Assembly (NCBI GenBank): GCA_030740155.1
Contig: JASLXV010000008.1
Span: 42,474-106,473, forward strand
Source of the DNA: Dehalococcoidia bacterium
GTDB lineage: Bacteria; Chloroflexota; Dehalococcoidia; Lucifugimonadales; UBA3495
Direction: 5' to 3'
DNA length: 64,000 nucleotides
The notes below the pieces were generated by a model. That model had not been told where the DNA came from. It ran no database searches and worked only from the letters and a program-made list of their open reading frames with translations. Numbering within the stretch: the first letter of the stretch is position 1; each line of letters starts with the position of its first letter. Positions 28,288 through 37,941 of the stretch are shown piece by piece. Position numbers and translations under genes: made by a program.

Positions 28288-29310
28288 GGCCAGCCCCATC
28301 TTCCGGTAGACTTCTTCGATGGTCTGACGGGCGATGACCCTGGCCTTTTCCGCCCCATGCCGCAGCACCTCGCGGACGAAGCCGGGGCGCGCCTGGTACT
28401 CGCGCCGCCGCTCTCGGAACGGCTCCAGGTAGCTGTTGATGCTGGCGGCCAGGTGGCGTTTGCAATCCACACAGCCCCGCTTAGCGGTGGTGCATTCAGC
28501 GTAAATAGCGGGCACTTCTTCGGCTGGACTGAAGATCTGATGCAGCGAGTAGATGTTGCAAATCTCGGGGCGGCCCGGGATATCCCGGCGCGTCCGCTGC
28601 GGGTCGGTGAAGGCGGTCATCAAACGCTTCGCCGTTTCCTCGGGGGATGCGGCCAGGTCCAGGTGATTGTCCAGGGACTTGCTCATCTTCTGCTGGCCGT
28701 CCAATCCGACGATGAGCGGGACTTCGGTGAGCTTGGATTGGGGCTCGGGGAAGGTCTCGCCGAACATGTTGTTGAAGCGCCGGACGATCTCCCGGGCCAG
28801 CTCCACGTGGGGGACCTGGTCCCGGCCGACGGGTACGGTATCGGCTCGGTAGAGGATGATATCCGCGGTCTGGAGCACCGGGTAGCCCACCAGGCCGTAG
28901 TTCACGCTCTCCTCCGTCTCCCGCATCTGCCTGACCTTGTCCTTGAAGGTGGGAACCCGCATCAGCCAGCCCAGAGGGGTCACCATGCTGAGGAGAGTGT
29001 GAAGGGTCATAACCTCCGGGATGTGGGACTGGACGAAGACGATGTGGTGTTCCGGGTCGATCCCCGCGGCCAGCCAATCCAGCACCATCTCCTCGATGTT
29101 GGGCTGTATCGCGGCGGTCTCACCGGGATCTTCTATGGTGGTCAGCGCGTGGATGTCGACGGCGCAGTAGATGCAGTTGTACTCCTGCTGTAGCCGCACC
29201 CAGTTTTGCAGCGCTCCCAGGTAGTTGCCCAAGTGGAGCATCCCGGTGGGACGCATGCCGGAAAAAATAACACCCTTGGGTGCTTGGTGCGATTCGTTGT
29301 CTAAAACCAT
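28285..29310 (-). CDS. trpS: Tryptophan--tRNA ligase
   Basis: FSGMRPTG.LHLGNYLGAL, YPVLQTADI, VPVGRDQ, KMSKS. Confidence 0.97.
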   Translation of the reverse strand: MVLDNESHQAPKGVIFSGMRPTGMLHLGNYLGALQNWVRLQQEYNCIYCAVDIHALTTIEDPGETAAIQPNIEEMVLDWLAAGIDPEHHIVFVQSHIPEVMTLHTLLSMVTPLGWLMRVPTFKDKVRQMRETEESVNYGLVGYPVLQTADIILYRADTVPVGRDQVPHVELAREIVRRFNNMFGETFPEPQSKLTEVPLIVGLDGQQKMSKSLDNHLDLAASPEETAKRLMTAFTDPQRTRRDIPGRPEICNIYSLHQIFSPAEEVPAIYAECTTAKRGCVDCKRHLAASINSYLEPFRERRREYQARPGFVREVLRHGAEKARVIARQTIEEVYRKMGLA

Positions 29311-29492
29311 GGTAGATGTCCAAATGCCGCCAGATAGGCGGCGGATTCCCGTAACGTCACGGAGTCTAGCATACCAGGTAGGGAGCGGCAAGGAAAACCA
29401 GCCGCCTTCTGGCCCCGGCGCCGGCATTCAGGCCGTGCCGCGCAACCGCGAAACACCTCTTCCGGACCGGCGGACCCGGTGTGGAGCGAGGG

Positions 29493-30206
29493 TCAGCCAT
29501 CCATCCACTTGAAGTGCTTGGAGATCAGCCGGTGAAACCCCCAACCGAAGTTGCTGACGTGGGGCAATCCCGTGGTCCGCCACCGTTCAAGCTCCGCCCG
29601 AGCTTCCGGATGCTGCTGGTCACCGCGCCGGAGGGAGGGAAGGGCCTCCTCGCTTTCACACTCGTACAGGGCCAGGTATTTGGGCCCGGTGTTGAACCGG
29701 GATAGGGCCGGATGGTCCAGGGCCCGGAACCGGCCCGCCATGACGTACCCCTGCACCTTTAGCAAGTTGGGCACGTGGGACTCGGTGTACCAGCGGTCCC
29801 ACTCGGCTTCACGGGCCGGGTCCACGTCGGCGGTAACGATGCTCAACGGCCGGTCGGAGAGAAGGAGAGGTCCCCGGAGGGGGGTCCCGCTGATCTGCTC
29901 GTACACGTTGCTGATCCGGCGCGACACTCCCTGGAGGTCTTGCCAGGCGGCGAACTCTTTCGCGGCGATGGGATCCTGGCGCGGGCCATCCCACCCAACC
30001 AGCGCCGCCAGGTCTTCCTGGCGGCGCACCCCGTAGAGCGCGGTGAACCGGTTTTCTTCATCCAACCCCAGGTACCGCTGAGCCCATAGGTAGCCGGGGA
30101 TGCGCAGCAGGTTGGGAAGGTGGCTGTTGTACCACAGGTTGAAGGCCTCCAGGTGCTCTGGGGTGCAAGTCACCTGCACCATCATGAGCAACGGTCTATT
30201 CTGCAT
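29493..30206 (-). CDS. Tandem dimeric alpha-beta barrel protein (DUF4286/EthD-like)
   Basis: Two internal repeats: FNLWYNSHLPNLLRIPGYLWAQRY and WDRWYTESHVPNLLKVQGYVMAGRF. Confidence 0.7.
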   Translation of the reverse strand: MQNRPLLMMVQVTCTPEHLEAFNLWYNSHLPNLLRIPGYLWAQRYLGLDEENRFTALYGVRRQEDLAALVGWDGPRQDPIAAKEFAAWQDLQGVSRRISNVYEQISGTPLRGPLLLSDRPLSIVTADVDPAREAEWDRWYTESHVPNLLKVQGYVMAGRFRALDHPALSRFNTGPKYLALYECESEEALPSLRRGDQQHPEARAELERWRTTGLPHVSNFGWGFHRLISKHFKWMDG

Positions 30207-30765
30207 CTTCCGCCGCCGCTTCCAGCATGCCTCCGGAGTATGCTGGGTTCTCGTTCCCCCGCTGCAGGCCCCGGAGGTAGGCTATCTGCCCGCCGTGCTG
30301 GTTGAACTCCCAGATAAGCTGCTGGAACATGGTCTCCAGGGTGATCCGGCCGCCCCTGGGGTTGGGAACCGTCACATTTTCCAGTGAATAGTCATCCAGA
30401 CCATCCAGTAACTCCATTGCTTTGTTCCGGGCTATCTCGGCATAGGCGATGAGAAGCGACGCCGGAGGTGTCTCGAACCCCTCCATTTGTTCGTCCGTGA
30501 AAGCGAAGCCCGTGTCGTTGGGGTCCGCGGGAAGCCGGTCGAATCGGCTGGCCCAGCCTTGCCCCCACAATTGGAGGGCCTCCAGAGCCCTGGTGTGGAC
30601 CCAACGGTCCAACACCCGGGCGTAATGCCAAACCAGAAACCCGATGGACATTGACTGGGGACTCGGGCGCCACTCGAGTTCTTCCTGAGTGAGGCCGTCC
30701 ACCGATCGGATCATGGACTCGTAGTTCTGGTCCAGGCACCGCTGTACGAACTTCTTCAGGTCCAT
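30196..30765 (-). CDS. DinB-family protein
   Basis: LEWRP...SIGFLVWH, NQHGGQIAYLRG. Confidence 0.88.
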   Translation of the reverse strand: MDLKKFVQRCLDQNYESMIRSVDGLTQEELEWRPSPQSMSIGFLVWHYARVLDRWVHTRALEALQLWGQGWASRFDRLPADPNDTGFAFTDEQMEGFETPPASLLIAYAEIARNKAMELLDGLDDYSLENVTVPNPRGGRITLETMFQQLIWEFNQHGGQIAYLRGLQRGNENPAYSGGMLEAAAEDAE

Positions 30766-30999
30766 ATCCTACTCCCGCTGGATTGCTCGCCGGTATCTCT
30801 TTGCAGGACGCACCGGCGCCAACTTGGTCAAGGTAGCTACGCGCGGGGTGATCCGAGGCGATCTCCCGCGCCGCCATCTCCGAAAAACCTCGAAAAAGTA
30901 AGCTCTGGAGAACAGGCCGCGGGGCGCAATGCTAGGTAGGTGGCGAGCCCGAGGGTGAACCGCTGCCCAGGACCGGCGGGCAGCCCAAAGGAAGCGAGG

Positions 31000-31908
31000 C
31001 TACTGCTCGTCGCCGGACTCGAATCCGTCTCCCAGTTCGCTGAGGAACCTTTCGATTTCAGGAGAAAGCTTCGCTGTGGGTTCCGGCTGTTCGGAGCCCG
31101 ACTCCTCGGAGTCCATCTGAGCGTCGTAATACGCTTCCATCTGCTGGATCAGCTCTTTGAGTTCCGAATTTCGCTCCACGGTGGCGCTCAACTCCCGGTA
31201 CTGGCGCTGCCCGCGCCGCATCGGGGCCAGGTCCTGCGGTATGGTCTCGTATACCGAGGACAGGACCTCGATCATCCGCGAGGTGCCGGCGTAGTCTTCC
31301 TCGAGTTGGACGTACTGGGGAAGGTGCACCATGAAGTTGATGGATTCGATTTCGGACCGCTCGATCCCTTCCGAGAGCAGGTTCATGATCGTCGTCGGCC
31401 CCCGGTAAGTGCTGCCGCGTGCCTTGAAGTGAGGCACCTGCCTGTTTTGCTGGACGGACCCCAGCGAGCCGGTAACCAGCAGGGGCCGGGTGTGCGGCAC
31501 CGCGTCGTACATGGCTCCCAGCCGGCAGTACCGCTTGACCTGGAAATGCCTTACGAGTTCCAGAAGCGAGTCGGTATAGTCTTCGCCATTGGAATGGGGT
31601 TCCAGCAAATGGAAGAACAGGTAATCAGGCCCGTTTTCCGTTTGAGCATAGCGGATGATGCTGTTGGGAATCTTGACTTCCCGCCGTCCTTCCGTCATGT
31701 GGATGGTGGGACGGTAGCGGGTGAAATCGAAGAAAACGCCCGGCCGCGCAAGTTTGCCGAGTTCCTTGGAACCCAGAAAACGCTCCAACCGGTTCAGTGT
31801 CAATGTGCCGACACTCCCCACGTCTACCCACGGGCGCACCATGGCGAAAACGTGAGGCTCGCGCAACTCAGGGACCGGTTCGTGAATGTCGAAGGCCCCA
31901 ATCCTCAT
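31000..31908 (-). CDS. PAC2 (proteasome assembly chaperone-like) family protein
   Basis: WVDVG, FFDFTRYRP, EPH, VPHTRP, YRGPT, LPQY; acidic tail EIERFL. Confidence 0.85.
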   Translation of the reverse strand: MRIGAFDIHEPVPELREPHVFAMVRPWVDVGSVGTLTLNRLERFLGSKELGKLARPGVFFDFTRYRPTIHMTEGRREVKIPNSIIRYAQTENGPDYLFFHLLEPHSNGEDYTDSLLELVRHFQVKRYCRLGAMYDAVPHTRPLLVTGSLGSVQQNRQVPHFKARGSTYRGPTTIMNLLSEGIERSEIESINFMVHLPQYVQLEEDYAGTSRMIEVLSSVYETIPQDLAPMRRGQRQYRELSATVERNSELKELIQQMEAYYDAQMDSEESGSEQPEPTAKLSPEIERFLSELGDGFESGDEQ

Positions 31909-32043
31909 AAAAACATACTGCCAGAAAAGCGCTGTTTTATCAACCCCGGCGTAGCTGAAACCACCCGCCGGGGCCATCCTCCACGCACGCGCCGGGAAGG
32001 CTGGGGCGGCAGGGCTGGGTCGATGGCCGGCGGCCTGCCGGCA

Positions 32044-32802
32044 TCATCCCATTCCCAACAAACTGTCCGCGGAAGCCATTCCCTCCAGCGCCAGCCCGTA
32101 TCCCAAAATGTCCTGCATCTGGCGTTTGATGTTCTGGGTCATCATCACCCGGGTGTAACGCCGCACCAGATCAGTCTGCTGAGCCAGCTGCTCCGCCAGG
32201 GCCCAGGCCCGGGGCAGTAGCTCTTGCCGGGGCAGCACTTCACTGACCAGCCCAAGCTCCAGGGCTTGGGAAGCGCCGATGGTCTGACCGGTCAGAAGGA
32301 AGTACCGGCCCCGGTTTAGGCCCATCAGCAGCGGGTACACCACGTGCATCCCGTCTCCGGGTACCAGTCCGTTGATGAAATGCGCGGAGTCTTGGAAGGT
32401 AACGTCCTCCGATGCGAGGACGATATCGCAAAGCAAGGGCAGTTCGGAGTGGCGCAGGGCCGGACCGTTGATGGCGCTGATCATCGGGACGTCGATGTCC
32501 AGAAGGTTCATCAACAAGTGCTGGCCGTCCCGGTAGATTTCGTCCCAGTCCCCCGGCAGCCTCCTCGGGGTGTCCTCCAGGGTCGCGACGGGGCCGGAGA
32601 AAGCGTCACCAGCTCCGGTCATGATGACCACCCGGTTTTCCGGGTCGCTGGCGATGTCGTGGAAGGCCTCGGGCATCTCATGATGCGGCACCATGCTCCA
32701 CTGCAATGTGCCGCCGCCGGTGTGGAGCGTAATCTGGAGGATCCCGTCACGCCGCTCCATCCGCACGGTTTGGTATTCTTGGGAACACTCTTCTAATTTC
32801 AT
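32044..32802 (-). CDS. Crotonase-superfamily protein, 6-oxocamphor hydrolase-like beta-diketone hydrolase
   Basis: LHT...W....H, FHDIA.D.ENRVVI, DWDEI, AINGPALRHSE, FQDSAHF..GLVPGDG.HVV, NRGRYFLLTGQ. Confidence 0.85.
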   Translation of the reverse strand: MKLEECSQEYQTVRMERRDGILQITLHTGGGTLQWSMVPHHEMPEAFHDIASDPENRVVIMTGAGDAFSGPVATLEDTPRRLPGDWDEIYRDGQHLLMNLLDIDVPMISAINGPALRHSELPLLCDIVLASEDVTFQDSAHFINGLVPGDGMHVVYPLLMGLNRGRYFLLTGQTIGASQALELGLVSEVLPRQELLPRAWALAEQLAQQTDLVRRYTRVMMTQNIKRQMQDILGYGLALEGMASADSLLGMG

Positions 32803-32884
32803 GGCGGCGCACCTCTTTCGGAGTGTTGGAAGAGTGTTGGCGGCCAGGCGGGCAGCGCCGGTTCCAGGGCTGCACCCCGAGGCA

Positions 32885-33895
32885 CTACCCCAGGTGGGGA
32901 ATGACTTCCCGGCCAAAAAGACGGATGGCTTTCATTATCGCCTCGTGGGGCGGCCCCCCCGAGTGGGCGTGGCGGAGTCGAAGGAGGCAATAGTCGGCGC
33001 CGGTGGCCTCGCTCCATCGGTGAAACTCTTTGACGCATTCCTCCGGATTGCCGAGGATCAGGCGGTCACGGGCCACCTTCTCCAGGGTCAACTCTGCTTC
33101 CGACTTTATTCGGGTGAATTCGGGAAGCCCGTTGCGCCAGTAGTATTTATATGCGGTCATGACCTCAGGCCCGTAGACCCGCTCGGCTTCGGCCCGAGAG
33201 GAGGCAACCCAGGCGTCCCGCATCAGCACTACCCGGGGTTCGCGGCCGGCGGCGACCGCCGCGGCCCGGTAGACTTCGACTACCTCCACGGTGCTCTTCA
33301 GGTCCGTGCTGGGCGTGGTCACGTAGGCGTCGGCAAGCCGGCCCGCCCGGCGTGCTCCCGGACGGGTGCCGGCCCCGATCCATAAGGGAGGCGCCGGATC
33401 CTGAAAAGGTGCGGGTTGCACCCGGAGCCCGTCGAAGTCGTAATACTTGCCGTGGAATGAGAATGGCTCGTTGCTCCAGCACTTGCGAATGATCTCAATT
33501 CCCTCTTCAAAGCGGCCAACCCGCTGCTCAATCGGAACGCCGAAGGCCTGGAAGTCGGCCGATTGATAGCCGAGGCCGACGCCCAGATTAACCCGGCCCT
33601 TGGATACGATGTCCAGAGTGATCACATCCTCAGCCACCCGCACTGGATGATGGAGGGGCAGCAGGACGACCGACGTGCCCACTCGAAGCCGCCTGGTCTG
33701 GGAAGCCACGGCGGCCGCCACGATCAAGGGTGATGGGAGGAAGCCGTCTTTATCCTGGTGATGTTCCCCGAAGAAGCAGGCGTCGAAACCGGATTCCTCG
33801 GCGAGCTGGGCCTCCGCAACAACCTCATCCACGCAGCGGGCGAGGTTTTCACCTCTAGGAGGACTGGCTATGGAGCTGTAGATACCAAGTTTCAT
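32885..33895 (-). CDS. LLM-class flavin-dependent monooxygenase
   Basis: LAEESGFD..FGEHH, LPSP, LLPLHHPVRVAED, PPLWIGA. Confidence 0.9.
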   Translation of the reverse strand: MKLGIYSSIASPPRGENLARCVDEVVAEAQLAEESGFDACFFGEHHQDKDGFLPSPLIVAAAVASQTRRLRVGTSVVLLPLHHPVRVAEDVITLDIVSKGRVNLGVGLGYQSADFQAFGVPIEQRVGRFEEGIEIIRKCWSNEPFSFHGKYYDFDGLRVQPAPFQDPAPPLWIGAGTRPGARRAGRLADAYVTTPSTDLKSTVEVVEVYRAAAVAAGREPRVVLMRDAWVASSRAEAERVYGPEVMTAYKYYWRNGLPEFTRIKSEAELTLEKVARDRLILGNPEECVKEFHRWSEATGADYCLLRLRHAHSGGPPHEAIMKAIRLFGREVIPHLG

Positions 33896-33933
33896 GGTCA
33901 CTCTTTTCGCACCGCGGGTGGGGCTGGTCTAGG

Positions 33934-34079
33934 GTCTCACAAACGGTTTGATACCCTGTGCGTCATCCCGGCGAAGGCCGGGATCCAGCAAAGGCTTCTC
34001 TGGATTCCGGCCTTCGCCGGAAAGACGCCGGTGGTGGGTATGCCGGATGATTTCGCTGGTGTAAAGCTATTTACGAGAC
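33934..34079. mobile_element. MITE-like element carrying a REP-like palindrome
   Basis: Imperfect TIRs GTCTCACAAA / TTTACGAGAC; inner hairpin CGTCATCCCGGCGAAGGCCGGGATCCAG...CTGGATTCCGGCCTTCGCCGGAAAGACG (33961-34027). Confidence 0.6.
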
Positions 34080-34468
34080 TGACCACAGGATTCGTGGCCG
34101 GGTCCGGCTCGACCAATTCCACTCCCGGATGTTGCCCAACGAACATCGCAAAGCCCGGAGCCGGCCCAACGCCTATCGAAGTGATCCCCGAAGGATGGAA
34201 TCCCGTTGCCAGGACAAGCCCTTTGGTGAAGGCAATCCGGGCATAGCCGACGGTCTCGGGACCAGCTTGTGAAATCACGTGACGGGGCGCTTCTTGGTGG
34301 CGGAAAGTGCCGGTGTACGCCGTTTACACTGGGCGAGTTGAGTCTATACTCGGGTTAGATGACAGTCAACCGGCGTTTGGGGATGAGGTGTGCCGTTGGC
34401 GGCAGGGGTTTCTAACCGGGTTGCGGGAGTGGGCCGCATCTTGGCCGCGGGAAGTAACAATGGGGCGG

Positions 34469-34509
34469 AAAAGGAAACCTGGCGCCGCCCAACGGAAGGC
34501 GACGCCAGG
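34469..34509 (-). terminator. Terminator hairpin
   Basis: CCTGGCGCCGCC...GGCGACGCCAGG with TTTCCTTTT on minus strand. Confidence 0.55.
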
Positions 34510-34547
34510 GAGTGATTCACTGCTGGACGATAGCGTGAAAGTTGGCG

Positions 34548-35219
34548 CTACTCTTGGTTGGCGGTTTCCGCCTCCGGGGCGGGGGTAGGCGCCGGGGCCT
34601 GTGCTTGTGACGGTGCCGGCGCAGGTGCAGGTGCAGGTGCAGGTGCTGTCGCGAGTGCCGGTGTATTCACGGCCCGGGTCATAGCGAAGTCGGCCACTTC
34701 GCGGTACAGGGGGTCGTCCAAGTTGCATCCCGACAGAGGGCTGAAGCCGGGGGCCAGTTCTTCGAGCAAGAGCTTGACGCGACTGTCGCCATGGCGGCCT
34801 GCCAGAGCATAGGCCAAACCCCTGGGGTCGCGGTCCAACGAGAGTTCGTGCTCCTCTCCCTCTTCAACCTCGATCTCGTAGTCCACCCGATCCGCGACCG
34901 CCAGCGCCTTCATTGCCGCCTGGCGGTGAGAGTCGATGTCTCGCAGGGCGCTGAAGAGTTCGCTTACGGCCCGGGCCGCGGTCCCTAGAAGAAGGGGTAC
35001 CTTGGTCTGGTCCCTGGATGCCGCCGCCGTCGCCTGACCGGCCTGCTCCATGGCGGTTCCTCTGGTGCGGGCCCGCTGGGCCTGCCGCTGGGAACGTGCT
35101 CGTTCGGCCCGAAGCGAAGGGGCTTCAGCGGCCAGTGGCTGGAGCCTCGTCACCTCCTGCTCCGCCTGCTCGGCCATTTTCAGTCTCTCTTCGAGGGATG
35201 GGTCGAATCCGTTTAACAT
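34548..35219 (-). CDS. Hypothetical coiled-coil protein with Pro/Ala-rich tail
   Basis: AGGAG RBS, helical composition, APAPAP tail, downstream terminator. Confidence 0.7.
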   Translation of the reverse strand: MLNGFDPSLEERLKMAEQAEQEVTRLQPLAAEAPSLRAERARSQRQAQRARTRGTAMEQAGQATAAASRDQTKVPLLLGTAARAVSELFSALRDIDSHRQAAMKALAVADRVDYEIEVEEGEEHELSLDRDPRGLAYALAGRHGDSRVKLLLEELAPGFSPLSGCNLDDPLYREVADFAMTRAVNTPALATAPAPAPAPAPAPSQAQAPAPTPAPEAETANQE

Positions 35220-35385
35220 CGTCGATCTCCTGTTTCCTGGCGAGTCCGTGGCCCGCCTTGGTGTCTAGTCAGGTGCTGTCTGGCTCCGGTAATCCCCGTG
35301 ATGCCCGGCGCCGCCCCTACCGGTCATGCAGCTTCTGTATCGCCGGTGGCCTGGTTGGGCTCATCTCGAGGTTGTCCGTTGCCGG

Positions 35386-35856
35386 CTACTCGTCCAGTAT
35401 CGAGTCTACCGTTGGTGTCTGCGAGTTCGAGGCCCTGTTCCGGCCGGGCGGTGAAGGAGCGTCTATGGCCTGCTGCAAGAGTAGGCGCAAACGGTCGATC
35501 TTGCGGTCCTCGGACGCTAGCGACCGGTCTTTGGCGTCGGTTTCATGCCTGAGCGCGTCCATCAACTCCCGAAGGGCACGGACCCCACCGGCGGGTAGGC
35601 TGACACCGGAGGGGGTGCTCGTCAGTGTAAAAGCCGGACCCGCGGCGGCGTCGGCCAAGGTGGATCGGGGGCCGCCGGCGCCCGCCCCCAAGGTCATGCA
35701 GGGGCCGAACTGCTCGGGTATCTCGACCCACCAGATGATCCCTTCGGGCGTTGGCTGATAGTGGCCCAGTAGCTCGCCTCTGCGGAGGCAGCCTCTCACG
35801 GTGTCTACCGAGATACCCAAGCAGTGGGCGGCTTCACCCATGGTCACCAATTCCAT
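35386..35856 (-). CDS. Excisionase-like HTH protein with C-terminal coiled coil
   Basis: MELVTMGEAAHCLGISVDTVRGCLRRGEL; LRHETDAKDRSL...IDRLRLLLQQ. Confidence 0.65.
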   Translation of the reverse strand: MELVTMGEAAHCLGISVDTVRGCLRRGELLGHYQPTPEGIIWWVEIPEQFGPCMTLGAGAGGPRSTLADAAAGPAFTLTSTPSGVSLPAGGVRALRELMDALRHETDAKDRSLASEDRKIDRLRLLLQQAIDAPSPPGRNRASNSQTPTVDSILDE

Positions 35857-36186
35857 ACAGTTTCCATACCCGGGTCCGATCACGATTTTGTGCTTACTTC
35901 GAAATATACTCGAACGCCCCAGCGAGCGCCTACGTGTTGAACAGGCGAGTTTCGAGGATTTTTGCCCTATCCGAAGCCGCCACGTCCGGCGGGCGGGCAC
36001 TTCACCCCGCCACCAGCGCCGGGGATGGGGCAACGAATTGATCCCACCGGGCGAACGCCGGCGAACCTTGACCGTGGGAGTGAATTTCAATAGACTTCAA
36101 GGATTCCAACCGTTACACAAGTGTGGCCTCGCTTGTGGCTACCACGGCTCGACCGCAACGGTGCAACCCGGTGAGGTGCTTGTTTC

Positions 36187-36669
36187 ATGACGGCAGGTCC
36201 TCGTTTCGTGGTTGACATGAACGTCGGAAAGCTGGCCAAGTGGCTCCGGGTGATGGGCTACGACACCCTGTTCCCCCGGACGGGCGACGACAATGACCTG
36301 GTGCGCATCGCCCTTCGGGAAGACCGGATCCTGGTAACCCGGGATGCCGGCTTCGGCCTGCGGCGCGCCGTCCGGAACGGTCAGATGCTGGTGGTACAGG
36401 TGGAGGCGGACGACCTGCGGAGCCAGCTATGCCAGTTGGTCCGGGACTTGAAACTGAACCCGGGCGCGCGATTCTCTCGCTGCGTCCTCTGCAACGAACC
36501 GCTGCACCCGCTGAACAAGCAGGATGCGGCCGGCCGGGTACCCTCCTATGTCTTCCGAAACCACTGTAAGTTCATGGAGTGCCCCGGCTGCCGCCGCCTC
36601 TTCTGGCGGGGTACTCATTGGTCAAACATGATATCGGAGCTGGACCAGTTGTACCGGGAGGCTCGCTGA
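36187..36669 (+). CDS. Mut7-C RNase (PIN-like) domain protein
   Basis: FVVDMNVGKLAKWLRVMGYD, ILVTRD, SRCVLCN, CPGCRRLFWRGTHW. Confidence 0.9.
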   Translation: MTAGPRFVVDMNVGKLAKWLRVMGYDTLFPRTGDDNDLVRIALREDRILVTRDAGFGLRRAVRNGQMLVVQVEADDLRSQLCQLVRDLKLNPGARFSRCVLCNEPLHPLNKQDAAGRVPSYVFRNHCKFMECPGCRRLFWRGTHWSNMISELDQLYREAR

Positions 36670-37796
36670 TGCGTCGCGCCGCTTTCGTCTACGAGGATGC
36701 CTTGTCGCGTCACGAGTTGCGCCAGGACCACCCCATGAAGCCGGAGCGCCTTCGGTACACCTACGAGCTGCTTCGAGCTTATGGCGCCTTCGATGGAGGC
36801 AGCTCCCGGCTGGTCCCGCCCCGTCCGGCCACGGAGGAGGAGTTGCGGCGGCTGCACAGCTCCGAGTACGTCTCGGCAGTGCGGGGTCTGAGCCTGGGCC
36901 TCGCCGACTGCGACCCGAGCCGGTTCAATTTCCACCACGGCGGGGACAACCCGATCTATCCGGGGATGTATGATGCTGCGGCCTTGAGCACTGGGGCCTC
37001 CCTCTTGGCGGCGGAAATGGTGGCCAGCCGGGAAGTGGACGTGGCCTTCAACATCTCCGGAGGCCTGCATCACGCCGCATTGGGCCATGCCTCAGGATTC
37101 TGCGTCTTCAACGACCCGGCCCTGGCCATCAAGTACCTACGGGAACGCGGGTTGCGGGTGGCCTACGTTGACATCGACGCCCATCACGGGGACGGGGTGC
37201 AGCATGCTTTTTTCGACGACGCCCAGGTGCTGACGATCTCAATTCATGAGTCCGGGCAATTCCTCTTTCCGGGCACCGGGTTTGTCCTGGAATCGGGTGC
37301 GGGCTCCGGTAAGGGCTATTCGGTCAACCTACCTCTGTATCCTTACACCGATGACGAGATCTACGTCGAAAGCTTCCTGGAAGTGGTCCCTCCGCTGTTG
37401 CGAGCCTTCGCGCCGGACGTGCTAGTCACCCAATTGGGCATCGACAGCTACCACCTCGACCCTCTGACTCACCTTCAGGTGACGACCCGGGGGTACCTGG
37501 ACGCAGTGAAAGAGCTTTCCCGCTTGGGAGTGCCGTGGCTGGCGCTTGGGGGTGGCGGCTACGACCTGGGCGCCGTGGCTCGATCCTGGACCCTGGCCTA
37601 TGGGGTAATGCTGGATGTGGAGTGGCCCGACCGGGTACCCGAGGCCTTCGCCCGGGAGCACGGGATCAGTCAACTCCGCGACGGGGCGGCCCCGGACATC
37701 CCGAAACAGGTCCGCCTGGATGCCCGCCGGTTCGCCGAGGAAAGCGTCGCCGCCGTCAAGGAAGAAGTCTTCCCGCACCACGGTCTGACGGGCTAG
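36669..37796 (+). CDS. Histone deacetylase family protein (AcuC-like)
   Basis: HPMKPERL, GGLHHA, GFCVFND, DIDAHHGDGVQ, FPGTG, GGGGY; TGATG coupling to Mut7-C. Confidence 0.93.
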   Translation: MRRAAFVYEDALSRHELRQDHPMKPERLRYTYELLRAYGAFDGGSSRLVPPRPATEEELRRLHSSEYVSAVRGLSLGLADCDPSRFNFHHGGDNPIYPGMYDAAALSTGASLLAAEMVASREVDVAFNISGGLHHAALGHASGFCVFNDPALAIKYLRERGLRVAYVDIDAHHGDGVQHAFFDDAQVLTISIHESGQFLFPGTGFVLESGAGSGKGYSVNLPLYPYTDDEIYVESFLEVVPPLLRAFAPDVLVTQLGIDSYHLDPLTHLQVTTRGYLDAVKELSRLGVPWLALGGGGYDLGAVARSWTLAYGVMLDVEWPDRVPEAFAREHGISQLRDGAAPDIPKQVRLDARRFAEESVAAVKEEVFPHHGLTG

Positions 37797-37941
37797 ATCG
37801 TCGCGGATGCCAATCGGGAACGCAACTGCGCCCGCTCATGCGAGGCTGCCGGAGCCACGAGCGGGCGCAAATTTGAAACCAGCCGCCGTATTGACCCAGA
37901 GGGGCACGGCGTATGGGAACGGCCGCGGGGGCCGGGCTACG

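Noticed and set aside
33937..34278. 113-aa minus-strand ORF upstream of the LLM gene
   Set aside because: Runs through the REP/MITE element and has no clear RBS or family motif.
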